The notes beneath the pieces were generated by a model. The model ran no database searches and was not told the origin of the DNA. It saw only the letters and a list, made by a program, of their open reading frames with translations. A stretch of 64,000 nucleotides of DNA, from contig NC_091290.1 in NCBI RefSeq assembly GCF_032444005.1, positions 132,184,001-132,248,000 of the forward strand. The letters are read 5' to 3'. This DNA comes from Ranitomeya imitator (Eukaryota). The position numbers were made by a program, and so were the translations under genes. Positions 23,501-36,800 of the stretch are shown one piece after another. Within the stretch, counting starts at the first letter, position 1; the number at the start of each line of letters is the position of its first letter.

Positions 23501-24522
23501 GTTATATTTTACACCATTTGCAGCTTTTTTTTAAAATTTTTTACATTGAGGCCTCATTCAGGAATCCGTTTTTTGGTTCATACGGAACAGATTTTCCTCA
23601 GTGTTCGTCCGTGTTCACACTGGTTTGGATTTTTTTTATTTTGCACATGTTCAAAAACTGAGTTTTTCAAGCGGAAACTTTTTTTGGTGGGGTCAAGGCA
23701 TTTTGGAGAAGTTTTTTTTTTTTTTACCTGATAGTTTACTGAAGCAGTTTTGGAAGATTTTTTTTTTTTTTTTGCCTGAAGAGATTTATTTTTTTGGACG
23801 CTTTTTGATATTTAGAACTGTGCCTAGATTGGAAAGTTTTCCGTCAGGATCATCTTCAAAGACGTGACATGCACTTTATTTATTTTTTTCCTCCCTAAAC
23901 CTTTTTCAAGAGAAAAATAAATAAAAAACAAGAAAACTAGTCATATGAACAGTAAAGTGGATTTTCAATAGAAATTAATTGCAACAGTTTTTGAGGAGTA
24001 TTTTGGAGAAAGCCCACAAAAAAAAAACCCTGAATAAAAAAAGTCAGTGTGAACATAGCCTTATGGATCAGATTTTCCTCTGGGGTTTGGATGAGATTTT
24101 GAAAAAAATCTCTTAAAAAAAACACAAAACAAGAAACATGAAAACAAATCAAAGAAAAGGGAGCGTTTTCTAAAGCAGATTCCACTTGAAATTCCACCTT
24201 TGATTTTACACCTCCCAAAAACTCCGTGTGACCATTGCTTATGGGTGAATACTTACGAATTGTCAATTAATTGCAAGAAAAAATGCAGATGATTTTATGG
24301 CAGATTTCAACTTATACCTTAGAAATAGTAAATAACATTTTATTCTGCACATATAAAATCCACAATGGAGGTCAATTTCTGCCCCAAATTAATTATGACA
24401 AAATCTCTTTAATTTTGCAGCTACTTTGATGAGCTGTGGATTTTTCAGTTACAAAATCTGGACAGGGAATCCACAGCATATCCACCAAGTGTGAACATAC
24501 CCTTAAATTTAGGTTGGCCTTA

Positions 24523-25661
24523 TCTATATATATATAATTGTCTAAGGGTCACTTCCGTCTGTCTGTCCTTCTGTCACGGTTATTCGTTCGCTGATTGGTC
24601 TCGGCAGCTGCCTGTCATGGCTGCCGCGTCCAATCAGCGACGGGCACAGTCCGATTAGTCCCTCCCCTACTCCCCTGCACTCACTGTCCGGCGCCCGCTC
24701 CGTAATCCCCTTCACTCACCGCTCACACAGGGTTAATGGCAGCGGTAACGGCCCGCGGTGTAACGCACTCCGTTACCGCTGCTATTAACCCTGTGTGTCC
24801 CCAACTATTTACTATTGATGCTGCCTATGCAGCATCAATAGTAAAAATATGTCATGTTAAAAATAATGCAAAAAAAAAAAACCTGCTATACTCACCCTCC
24901 GCCGCCTTTCCCGCTCCTCGCCACGCTCCCGGGACCGCGCCATTGCAAGCGGCAGCTTCCGGTCCCAGGGTTGGTGTGCGACAAGGACCTGCCGTGATGT
25001 CACGGTCATGTGACCGCGACGTCATCATAGGTCCTGCTCACACCAGCCCTGGGACCACCGGAAGCTGGCGCTTGCAATGGAGCGATCCCGGGAGCGTCCC
25101 GAGGAGCGGGAAAGGCGGCGGAGGGTGAGTATAGCAGGACTTTAACGGCAACGGGCCTTCGGAAGGTAAGTATATGTTTTTGTTTTTTTCTCTATACTAC
25201 GTGGCTCTGTGCTGTATAGTCCGTCGCTGTGCAATATACTATGTGGCTGGGCAATATACTACATGGCTGGGCAATATACTACGTGACTGAGCAATATACT
25301 CCGTCGCTGTGCAATATACTATGTGGCTGGGCAATATACTACGTGACTGGGCAATAAACCCTACTACGTGACTGGGCAATATACTACGTGCCTGGGCAAT
25401 ATACTATGTGGCTGTGCAATATACTACGTGGCTGGGCAATATACTATGTTGCTGTGCAATATACTACGTACCTGGGCAATATACTACGTGGCTGGGCAAT
25501 ATATTACGTCACTGGGCAATATACTACGGGGCTGGGCAATATACTACGTGGCTGGGCAATATATTATGTCACTGGGCAATATACTACGTGGCTGGGCAAT
25601 ATACTACGTGGACATGCATATTCTAGAATACCCGATGCGTTACAATCGGGCCACCATCTAG
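24523..25661 (+). mobile_element. Complete non-autonomous Helitron (1139 bp)
   Basis: Inserted between A and T, with a 5' TC and a 3' hairpin cccgat-gcgttaca-atcggg 7 nt before the terminal CTAG; no TSD. It contains an inverted repeat (24884-25139) and a 20-bp minisatellite. Confidence 0.88.
25195..25612. repeat. 20-bp minisatellite inside the Helitron
   Basis: ~21 copies of gggcaatatactacgtggct. Confidence 0.93.
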
Positions 25662-28577
25662 TACATTAGATATTTATCTGCAGTAATGGCAGAAAAGGGC
25701 CCCTGTGCAAGAACAATGTATGGGACCTTTGCATCCCAAGAGCTAAAAATGCTAAATTTCACATGCTTTGGAGGTATAAATGGGCCCCGTTACCTTTTTG
25801 GCCCCTATGTGGCCGCACAAGTTGCGTTAATGATATGTCCGCCCCTGGTCAGCAGCGCCACTGACACTTGACGCAGTGGATGTAGCAGTACAGAGAAATT
25901 TAGGAGCCAGGGCACTAGACGTCCTGTTTTTGGTAACTTTATTATTACGGGAAAATCACAACGTTTTGGCTGCGCTGGGCCTTTATCAAGCGATAAAAAA
26001 TATGCCTCTCTTTTTAATGGATTGATAAAGGTCCTACAAGGCTGAAACATTGAGGTTTTTCTGTACTGATAAAGTCACCAAAAGGAGGACCTCTAGTGAC
26101 CTGGCTCTTGGATTTTCTCCTATTCAGACTTTTCACTGGATTTTTTTTAATATTTAACCTTGAGTATCTCCTCCAATTCGTTCTGTTCCACCGATTCTTT
26201 CTTTTGTGCCCCTCCGTTCCAAAGTTATACCCCCCCAGAAATAAAGAAGCAAAATTGACCTTCAACCAACTGGGCGTATACCTCAAAAGTTCTTTGTGGG
26301 CGTATGCTTTTTCCCACTCTGAGGCTGGCCAATCAAAACCTAGAGAAGTTCTGTGGTACACTCCCAGTTGGCTAAGGTGAAAATCTCCTTCTTTCTGAGG
26401 GGCATAACTTTGGAAAGGAGGGGCGCAGAAAAAAAAGGAAAACTGTTCCAGAATCGGCAAATCCGTGCCAATTAAAGGAGCTAAGCAGTTTAAACAAAAA
26501 AAAAAATTCCAGTTATAGGTCCTCTTTAATAGTGGCAGGGGATGTTCACTAAGATCAGAGGTCAGAATCAATGACAGCATGGTTTCATCAGAATTTCTCA
26601 GTAGTGCAGCCTCAGGGGATCATATTTCTGGAGAGCAGAAATATATTAACAAATTATTATTTTTTTTTTAATATGATTATACCCAATATTGATATCAGAA
26701 AACAAACGAGTCTCCGTAGTAAAGTTTCTTTTATGACACATAAACTGATCACAGAACAGACATTGATCTGAATGAGTGGTTACAGCTGTCACAGATCAGA
26801 CATACAACACATTGAGATACCAGCATGCAAAGATACGCAGCTCTGTGTCCGCTGGGGCCACTGGGACCCCAAACCTTTCCTATTAAGAACGCTCGCCCCC
26901 CACATCTCTGTACATTCTGCCTTTCAGCTTCCTGCTTGGTGCAACTTTATTGGTAGCAAAAGTCCCCCTATGTATTGCCAAAATCTGTCCTCTAGAGGTA
27001 ACCTAACCTTTGTAGGATCACCATTACATTGCTTGTAAACATTGCCTCCATGATGGGTATAAAAGTCAAGATTTTATTCTCTGCACCCCCCCCCCCCCCC
27101 ACTATCTCCCATTGGGTAACTAATGGTGTAAGCAGGGGTCCTATTTTGGACACTAACGTCCTATCATAAATATCATCCAAAATAATCAGTTAGTTTGGGT
27201 CATTTTAATTAAAAAAAAAAAATTTCAGGAGGCCATATTCAATTTTCAGAACCATGGCAATCCCATTATATATTTTTTTAAATTTTTTTATATGTATTTT
27301 CTTCCCTCTTCTAGGAATCGGCTGGTGCTTGGAAAAATTTGGTTATCAAGTTTTGCGCCCATTCTCCGCCCGCAGGACACAGCAGGTATTACAGTTCATT
27401 ATAAAAAAAATTAGAAGTAAACTACGGGATGCAAGCTAAAATCAAACCTTAGAAGAAGACGGGTTTACATCCTAGTTTTACCGTTTCTTACATTAATTAA
27501 AAAAAAAAAAAGGTATAAGGTTTTATTTTTGCTCATGCTGTCTGCTATTTGGTCTGTCTGTAACAATGATATATCGTTTTAATACGTCATTCTTAATCCA
27601 TTGTTCCATTTATTATGCTAAAATAAATAAAGCTTACTCATTGTATAGTAAATTTCTTAATAATTTTAGGTTCTCTGATTGCTGTCAGCGAATGAAAACG
27701 TACTTGTTTATATCGATGAGGTTGAAAAACCCCTCCGAGTCTTGACACAGTTAGGAGGCTTTGATGTACTCTTATTATCTAAATATGTCCACAAATATGA
27801 GCTAATTAATATAGATTTATAATGGTCTCTGTTTTTCAGACACAGAATACCAAATCCCCTGCATAAACAGTGCATTAAACTATCATTATGGCTGCCACCA
27901 GGGGGAGCTTGTGAGCCAACTGTATACTGTTTTATTACTGAGTTCAATGTACATACAGTATGCAGTTAGCCCCACCTAGTGGTGGCAGCAGGTAACTTTA
28001 ATTTTATATACCGTATATATATATATATATATATTATAAATAATATATTTATATTATATAATTAATTTTATATTCAGATTTACTAACATTTTAATCCTTA
28101 AATTGGAGTAAAATGCACAAAAGTTACTAAAATATGCAGCACATTTGGACTGAAATTGAAATCTGTGTAGATTTGTAGATTTGTGCTACAATTTGTGCCA
28201 TTTTGAGATTCATTAATAATAAATGTTTGTGCTGATGGTGTCTATCCTTTATTCTGCTGACTTTATTGGCAAGAGGAGTGGACCAGCACTTTGTTCTCAT
28301 TCAGACTTCTGTGTTTCATGTACATATTCAATCTGTACTTTTTTTTTACCAATAGAACATGTACCAATTATTGTCTATGGTGACTGTTTACATGTCTGTC
28401 TGCAAAAAAATAAAAAATGAAGACGTCCAATTTTTATATGAGCCACGGATCAAACTCGCCCATTAAAATCAGTGGCTCCATGAACAAAAAAAAACAGATG
28501 GCATCAGCAAATCATGCGAATGCTGTCTGGTTTGTACCAGTGAATGGGTAGAAGAAGTGTTAAAAAAAAAAAACATC

Positions 28578-28636
<59 letters not shown>

Positions 28637-28938
28637 GTTTTATTTGTTTTCCTGTATGCAAAATATATATGTATTTTTTAATATATATTATATAATATTG
28701 CATACAGGAAAAGAAAATTGGATGCCATGCTGATCGTAAAAAATAGGCCAAAAATGGATGAAAAACTCATACGACACATTAATGAACTGGATATGATTAG
28801 GACAGGTTTCCAGCCTCTGAGTATAATCCATAACATTTGCATTCACTGCGTTCAATGACAGCAAACAGAGATCTTGAAACTAGTGGAAAAAAAAATAATG
28901 AAAAAAAAATCTTAATTTTGAATATACAATAATTAAGC

Positions 28939-28944
28939 TTTATT
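28939..28944 (-). terminator. Candidate distal CBFA2T3 polyadenylation signal
   Basis: AATAAA on the minus strand at the end of an AU-rich, UTR-like stretch (28.9-29.8 kb); it implies a ~4.7-kb 3' UTR. Other hexamers exist, for example at 30509. Confidence 0.35.
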
Positions 28945-29885
28945 TACATGAATCCGCAACAAAACCCCTACTTTGGCAGTGAAATAAAAAAAAATGAACA
29001 GAAAGCACAGTAATGAAATAATTTATAACAGAACTATTACAACATGAAAATTCAGAACGACCCGGATTATTTGGATTCTGGGCTGAGGCTTAGAAATGAC
29101 GGAGCGGGGCTCTTGGAGGTTGGCAGTGTGACGCAGGAAGCCATCCCAGGTGCCAGGCTTGGTTTTTGGAGGACAAAGCAAAAGATATAAGAATTAATCA
29201 AAGAGCTGCCATCTTTTAAAGCTGCGACCTCTCGGAGTCAGCGCCTCGCACTGTGAGGTCCCTGTTAACTGATCCTTGGGATATCTGATTTTTTAAACTT
29301 TTTTATTTAAAGCTCCTTTTTTTTAAATCAGTCTGCACTGCCCAAGTCCGTTTTCCACGATGACATTTTGGTTTAAGTATGAAGCTTGGTGACCACTTTG
29401 TAGTTCCACATAGGGTCGTGAACATAAGAGGTAGTGCAAGAGTATTAAGAAGGGCAGTAATCCGCGTTGAGATTGAAAGTCCGGCTATTCAGATCTCCTC
29501 AAATCCACCTTAAATATGGCCCCGTTTGGAGGCAAGTGCATTGGATATGGGTTACAAAACAAAAAACGAAACTGGAAGTGCGAGAAAAAACATGTAAATG
29601 GACAGAACAGAAGATGCCGGGTGAGAGGGCCTTAAAAATACGGTAATGGGGAGAGACAGCTGCAGGAAATGAGGAAGGTGCCACCTTAAGAAACTTGGCG
29701 CCCATAGTGGGATCATACATACAGTAAGGATTAGAGAAGGATACAGCGTCTTGCTGCTATAAATACACACACACATCAAATATTTTATATATTACTTTTC
29801 ATAAGATGTATAAAAAAATAAAAGTCCTTCATATCTGAATAATGTAAAGAGCTGGATGCACAGCAACACGGGGGGACGCATTTAA

Positions 29886-30467
29886 AGGAAAACTATCATG
29901 TCTACGTATAATATAATATATTGTACATCATGAGATTATTCAAACCATAATTATCCTCACAAGATTATCTAACATTAATATCGTTTTACCTGACGAAATG
30001 GCTCAACGGGGCAATAGGTGTCTTTTGAGGTCTAAGCGCAATTTTTCAATGTGGCCAGCAGGTGTCACTTTAGGTAGTAAAATTTAGGGCACTTTTTGCG
30101 CCTTTTTTTGGCACGTCAGTTTTGAGCAAACATTGCTCTTTTTTTTGCAATTTAAACAGTGGATGGAAATTATGCAGCTAAGGAATAAGTCAGTTTTATG
30201 ACTTGGAATTCTTAAAAAAAGCAAAAAAATTAGAGACAAAAATGCTATAACTACAAAAGAAAAATGAAGTTTGGCACAAATAATAGCAATGCACCCGCAA
30301 AAAAAAAAAATTCCCCTTGGTGAGAAATTCCCTCCTTTCCTGAGTGAGTGGTAACCCGCTGTTGTAGAACTACAGCTCTCAGCATGCTCTGGTTGCAGAC
30401 CACTGCTCTTCACCGTAGATATTATACTGCAATATTGAAGATAATACAATCTTATGACAGTTTTCCT
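29886..30467. mobile_element. TTAA-type (T2/Kolobok-like) MITE
   Basis: TTAA|AGGAAAACTATCAT ... ATGACAGTTTTCCT|TTAA. Confidence 0.75.
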
Positions 30468-33400
30468 TTAAAAGCATTGCAAATGTGAGAGTGGACGGGG
30501 GAAAATACTTTATTTGTGATTTGGACTTTATCTCCAAACGTCCCATGTAAATCCAGTAAACGCTGGTGCTTAAACTGGTGGTTTAGATATTGCTTCACTG
30601 GTTTTTGGTTGTAACTGGGTGCTCAACTACTGGGAGACATATTATTGAACCATAGTCTGACTCTGTATGGACTTTTTGGACATATTTTTTTACTTCCTAT
30701 TATTATCCCCTTTTCTCTTGGTTATAGGACTGGGGTATGGATGAGCATATATAGACCATAATACATCTATATACTAGTGGATGCCTTTTCTTAGGTGCTG
30801 CATGGAAGAGCGGGGGTTAAAGGATAATGAGACTATAGGTAATGAGCTTATATGGAGGCTTCTCCGTCCTATAGTGATCCTTAAATGAACTCTGCTGCGG
30901 CCGGTTTGGTGCGTCCAAAATTCACAATCCCAGTCCAGGCCATTCTGTCCAGTCCGGCTATGAGTCTCCTAGCCCAAAATCATCATCAATATGACTACGA
31001 GGCTGCTGAGTTCAGGTCAAGAGACCCATGTCTGGTCCAAAGTCAAACCGCGAGGGTCGGACATGTAAAACCGGCGTTCCCAAGCTTTCTGCCCTGATTC
31101 TGCACTGCAGGGTAGGGTAAATTTAGTGGGAGCGATTGCCCCTATTACTGTATCTCTAGGGTATTGCTAAGATGAGTCCATGCTGGTGCAGGACAGATCC
31201 TATTAGGCTCTGTTCACACGTAACCTTTTTTTTTTTTTCTGCAGGCTTTAGTTAGAAAATTGCAGCATAAATTACATGCATTTTTTCCGCTCATCCACTG
31301 GGAAGAACTGCATTCAAAACTTTGAAAGAACTTGACATATTGTGTAAGGTCAAAAAATGCAAGAAAAAAAAATAAATTATTTTGCAAATCTCTTTCATCT
31401 CACCAAAACCAAAAATGCTACGTATGAACAAGACTTTAGGGTCCAGTCCTGCAAAAATGCATGGAAATAATTAGTAAAAGTTTCCTAGGATGCTTCTATG
31501 CAACGTTTCCTCGACTCACGGTCCCGTGCGGAATACTAAAACCAGTCCTAGATCAGTGGTCTGCAAACTATGGCTATCCATCTGCTATAACTCCTAGCAT
31601 CCCATGTCCAGGAATGCCTGGAGTTGTAGTCTCACTACAAGTACAGATTTTGGGAGTGTAATGGTTTCCTGGGCGGAGATCCAGTATAGATTAGGGAGAC
31701 TTGATTTTTTTTTTCCCAGGGAGCATTGCCTGTATGTAAATGAGCTCTCCTAAAGGAAGAAAACTGTCTCTCTAGTGCCACCTACAGGTACAAACAAACA
31801 AGCCATAGAATTATATAACTGGGGATGTGGAACATCCTGCACGCACAGGACAGCTAGTAATGGAAGAATAGCAAAATGCATATGTGGTTCCTCACAGGTG
31901 GATATGCTAGATAGTATGGAAGCCTTCTAAGAAGGTAAATACATAATTTATCTACTGCCTAAAAACAGAATGGTCGTGCCTTGCAAAGGATCGTCTAACA
32001 AAACGGTCGTTGCTTGGCCTAAGTGCTATGAATTCTTACTAATACAGCGGAAAGCCGCCACAAATATTGGAAAGAAAGGACATCACAATTACGTTAATGG
32101 TTCAGACAACCGCATTGTGGGGCCCCAGCCTAATGTTGCATGTGACGGTCCCATGCATGGACTGTCCGCGGGTCTACTGCGGACGTCCCGCGAAAAACAA
32201 GATGTGTGACTGTGGCATAAGTGAAAATGGAAATACTTTGCTCCTCCCCATGTATTACAGGAGAGGGTAAGCCCCACCCATGAGGAACCATGATAAAGCA
32301 ATCTTAGCTGTTTCTACCTGCACATTTAGAAAAAAAAAACCCTAATGAAAACTTCTACGAACCATTGGCTATTTACGAGCTGCCATGACATTCCCACCTG
32401 GGTTATACTTAGGTAGTTGAACGCTGCATAATGATAGTTCTTATTTTTTTAGGGTTCATTTGGGCAAATTTTGTCCTGGCAACAATGCACCCCGCTGACA
32501 ATGTGGCATTGTCGGTAAATTACTGTCTATCGCATCGGAGCACAGTTGCTTGGAAAATGTAATTTGGAGAATACGTCGGATGATTTTTAATCTCTGCTAT
32601 CGTACTTTTTGGGTTGATCTTATCTGACGCCCATATTTTTTTCCTTTTTTTTACAAATATATAAATTTGTAGCTGACATCCCGTCCATCAGTAGCCTTGC
32701 ACTTTTTATATTGCACTCATGTCCCCTGCATGGGATTTTTTTTCTGTTTTGCTTTTATAAATAAAAAATAATAATAAAAAAAAAACCTGTACAATTTACC
32801 CTCCCCCCCCCCGAAAGTGGGCAAAAAAAGTCTGTGATCCAGGATGGGAAGGGTCCTGGGTTCACTTCCCACCAGTCCCCCAAAATTTGACGTGTTAACT
32901 GCAACAATCCAATAAATATTCCATTCAGTGATTCTCCACACTTTTGACACAGAGACGAGAAGAACAGGGGTGTAGCAAAAAGACGCTTATACACAAGATC
33001 TCAATGTCAGTCTGAACAGGGCAAGAAGACGTGTCTTTTTTTGGGGTGGGCGTCTTTTTTTTCCTCCCTTCTCAGATGATCCAAGAGCTGGACAAGAAAG
33101 CCTCCTGGACGGCTGAGCAACACGAGAAAAACGTACAATAGGAGAGGACGATCCGAGTGTTCTCTGCAGGTGACTCCCTCCGCTCCTCTCGCCATGATGG
33201 ACCAGGCTTTGGCAGGGCTGGTAATGTTTGGATTAGGGTTTCATTTTTGGGATTTCTCTATAAGAGGTGTTCTCGGTGTCTGACATTTCTTGGCTGTCTA
33301 GCAAGGTAGTTTCATTTGTACATTTATGTTATTATATTTTTTTTGGATTTCAATTAGGTTTAAAGCCAAAGATATGAGTGTAGTTTTAGGTAAAATAATT

Positions 33401-33626
33401 CCCGCACCCCCATAAAGTTTGCCTCCTCTAGAAAAAAAAAGGAAGGGTACGGCTTTTCTACGGTGATCAGTTCCATTCCATACCGGCACAGCTTCTTACC
33501 CACCCAGAGGCGGAAGCAACAAGGGGCAGGGAGGTCTTCACAGAATTGGAGGAGAGGCCCGTTGGCGGGCCTGTTGGGTGCGGGCTAGCCGCTTGGTTGG
33601 TCTGATGGCTGATATTGTATCATCCG

Positions 33627-33884
33627 TTAGCGAGAGGCGGTATCCAGCAGGAGAGGTGTAGCAGGGGTCCCGGAGCGAGAGGCTGAACTGCTGGCGGTGG
33701 GACTGGCAGCAGGTGTGGCGGGGTTAGTTGGTGCTGGCTGTACGCTGGGTGGGTGGTGCAAGGGTTGGCCACAGATATGATGGTGTTTCTCCCAGTCTTT
33801 GTGTTGGCAGAAGGAACCGCAATATCGTGCAGTGTTGCAGCCGCTGCAGGTTTCACTTGCTTTCCGGCCGCAATTCCAACAGCT
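33627..33884 (-). CDS. CBFA2T3: CBFA2T3 last coding exon (MYND zinc finger)
   Basis: [40 protein letters not shown]...DTASR-TAA. Confidence 0.97.
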   Translation of the reverse strand, partial: SCWNCGRKASETCSGCNTARYCGSFCQHKDWEKHHHICGQPLHHPPSVQPAPTNPATPAASPTASSSASRSGTPATPLLLDTASR

Positions 33885-36800
33885 CTGTGCAGGAAACGAA
33901 ATAAAAAATTGACAAATCAATTATACTTCACAGGATCGCAGTCTATAAATACCCAATTAACCTACGCGCTACGGCAGTTACCTCACTTGAGTCTTCCTGT
34001 TGATTGATGACGGACACGGCATCCTCTGACGCTTGCCGCTTTGCTTCCGCCAAGGCTCGTTCCATCTTGGCCCTCTCTAAAGTGATGAGGTCGTGAGCCT
34101 TGCGTTCCGCTTCGGACACAGCTTTCTGGAGCTCCGACATGGCCTGGCGTTTGACTTCGTTCACCGCCTCCTCTGTGCGGGCAGAGAGACAGCTCAGATG
34201 GGAAGATGAGCCCTGAGAGGTGGGGGGGACTCAGGTATAGGAGGGGTTTAAACATTTAAGTATATACCCTACGATACAACTTTTATATGTGAACATTTCA
34301 TTATTGTAATGACATCGTATACAACAGCCATGACATATTACGGAAGACTAGTAGACTAATCGCCGATATCGATGGGTTCAGCCGACGATCTACTGTGTAT
34401 GAGGGCATCGGCTAACTCTTGTCAATTTTGGACAATGTAATCCCATTGTTCTCCCTGACATAAGCAACTGGCCGACATGTCAGAGATAGATCACATGGCA
34501 CCCGCCCGAACAACCGATCCTGGGTATGAGAGTGTCGGCTGAGAGCCATCGTTTGGCCAACAACCGTCTAACGTCTATAGCCAGCTTTATTCTCTAGCCT
34601 TTATCTAGGGCCCAATTTGCAATCTAAGTGCCTCACTGTAAATAATATACAACACACATGATGGAAGAAGGGTAGTGGGGGCAAAGACAAACGACTGGGG
34701 GAAAAAATGAGATTCCCAATCATGGCATATCTACAAGATACGCCGTGGAGGTATTTTAGTCAAGGAGAGGTTCAACTATCTCCAGAACAAGGTGTCATCA
34801 CGTAGACGGCCACCATTCACATTCATCGGTATGGACACACATCGGGAACCTTCCAGAAGGTCTATTCATTTTCTACGGGACTGCTTGACACTAGACTTGG
34901 CAAGAAAAGGAACGCAGCATCGGTCGGCCATGCTGCATTCTAACTAGGATAAATGTGCTCCTTTTTGCCGATTGGTGCGAGTCTAAACTGTTGGACCCAC
35001 AACGATCAACAAGTTGTCTTCACACGTTGGCGGCAGATGATAACACTAGGGTCACGATGCCAATGTTACACTCATTTGTCCTTTTCCTGATGTCCTTAGA
35101 GCTGATTACTCACCTGCCTTTCTCCAGATCTCTTCCGGCATATACCCAGCTGGCGTCCTATGTAGGAATTCCCGTGAGGGTTCTAAAAGGGTGGAAAAAA
35201 ATGGCATAAAATAAGTGCACAAGTCTAAAGAGTTTCCTTGGTTCCGCAACCATTCCCACAGATGTCATTACTTCTTACCTGCCGGGGAGGACTCGGTGCT
35301 AGAGGAACTGCTCAGATGCCTTGCCGGCTGAGCCACACTCTTCTTCAGGTCCTCGGCATCGCTGTATCGGCGTACCCAGTGGTTGAGCTCCTCTCTGTCT
35401 GCTTCTTGGCAGCGGCGGAGGACGGTCAGTGAACGTCGTGTTTTTTCCACCATATCCATGATGCAGTTTAAGAGCTGGAAATAAATGGTAATAATCACCG
35501 CGTTGAAAGGGTGAAAACTAGTTATCACCTATCCATAGAGGGTTTCCGACTGCTTGGACCGGCACTTTCGGGTATAGATCGGCAGTGTGCATGCCCAACC
35601 ACTCCATTCATTTTCTATAAAGCTGCTTTTTTCGTTAGAATGAATGGAGCGATGCCTCTTGTGCCGATAGGTGCAGATCCCAGTGGTGATAAGTAAGTTA
35701 TAACATGTTTTCACTAGACTAACCGCCTTAATAATTCCGTCATGGTGCATTTACCAGATATGGTATTCAACGGGAATTGAATATGTGGGACTCTGATCCC
35801 TGGGTTGGACAATACATAGCAGTCTATTTACGCATCTAGAAGACGGATTATTATTTTTTTTTTGTGTAGTAGTATCACTTTCCCTTTAATACCGCCATTG
35901 ACTTTGCCCACTCACGTTGTTGAGATGCTTCCATTCCTCCGCCCACTCGCGCTCCGTCAGCCTATGATCAATTACTTCATGCACAGCTGAAACGTGGAAA
36001 AAAAACAAGCTGGTTAGAATAAAATCATTTAACAATTAGGTTTGTTTTCCCGCATTCTTGGAAGAAGACATATGGGCGAATTGCACAAGCACATTTATAT
36101 CTTCTGGCAATGCATACCCGCAAAAAGTAGTGAGCAATCACTTTGTATGAGGGGGTGTGATCGCACTATGCTCTGGTCGTGATCGTCCCAGTACACAGCT
36201 TGTAGGCAGGACGGTGGGGGGCACGGATCATAGCGATGTACGAGCCACACAGCGCGATGGTGAGATCACACCGTATTATTATTGGCAAGTATAGATTCCT
36301 TCTGACACTGTATGCTGTTACTCCAAGGTTGCCTACACACCTTTAATAGTGTCCGTGCCCCCACGGGCATGAGAATTGATGAAGGGTAATAATCCATTGC
36401 CAGATGCTTTAGGTGGTGGATTATTTCCTTTGAAACCAAAAGGATTGGGCATGTTGAAATTCAACATTTTCCCCTCCCGAAATGGCTTGCTGGGATGAAT
36501 ATGATCTTATGTGTATGTAACATGACTGTCAATCAAGAGAACCGATGCGAAGGGTCCGCCAGTATCATTCGCTGATATTTGGTGGCTCTCAACTTTGGTT
36601 CATAAAGGATGTTGAGACCCCATTTTGATGCTCTTGTGCCGTACTATTTAAGGGGTTATTTTTTTTTTAAAAGTTAACATTTCTATGGATTGATGGGGCT
36701 CCGAGCGCTATGCCCTCCACTGAATGAGACACTTTTCTCCCCGTTAGAATGGATGGGGCAGGCCTGACCGCTGCATCACACATTCTCAGAAGTGAAGCGC

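Noticed and set aside
25195-25612. Regular short repeats superficially like a CRISPR array
   Set aside because: Head-to-tail 20-bp units without unique spacers, inside a Helitron, in eukaryotic DNA, with no cas genes.
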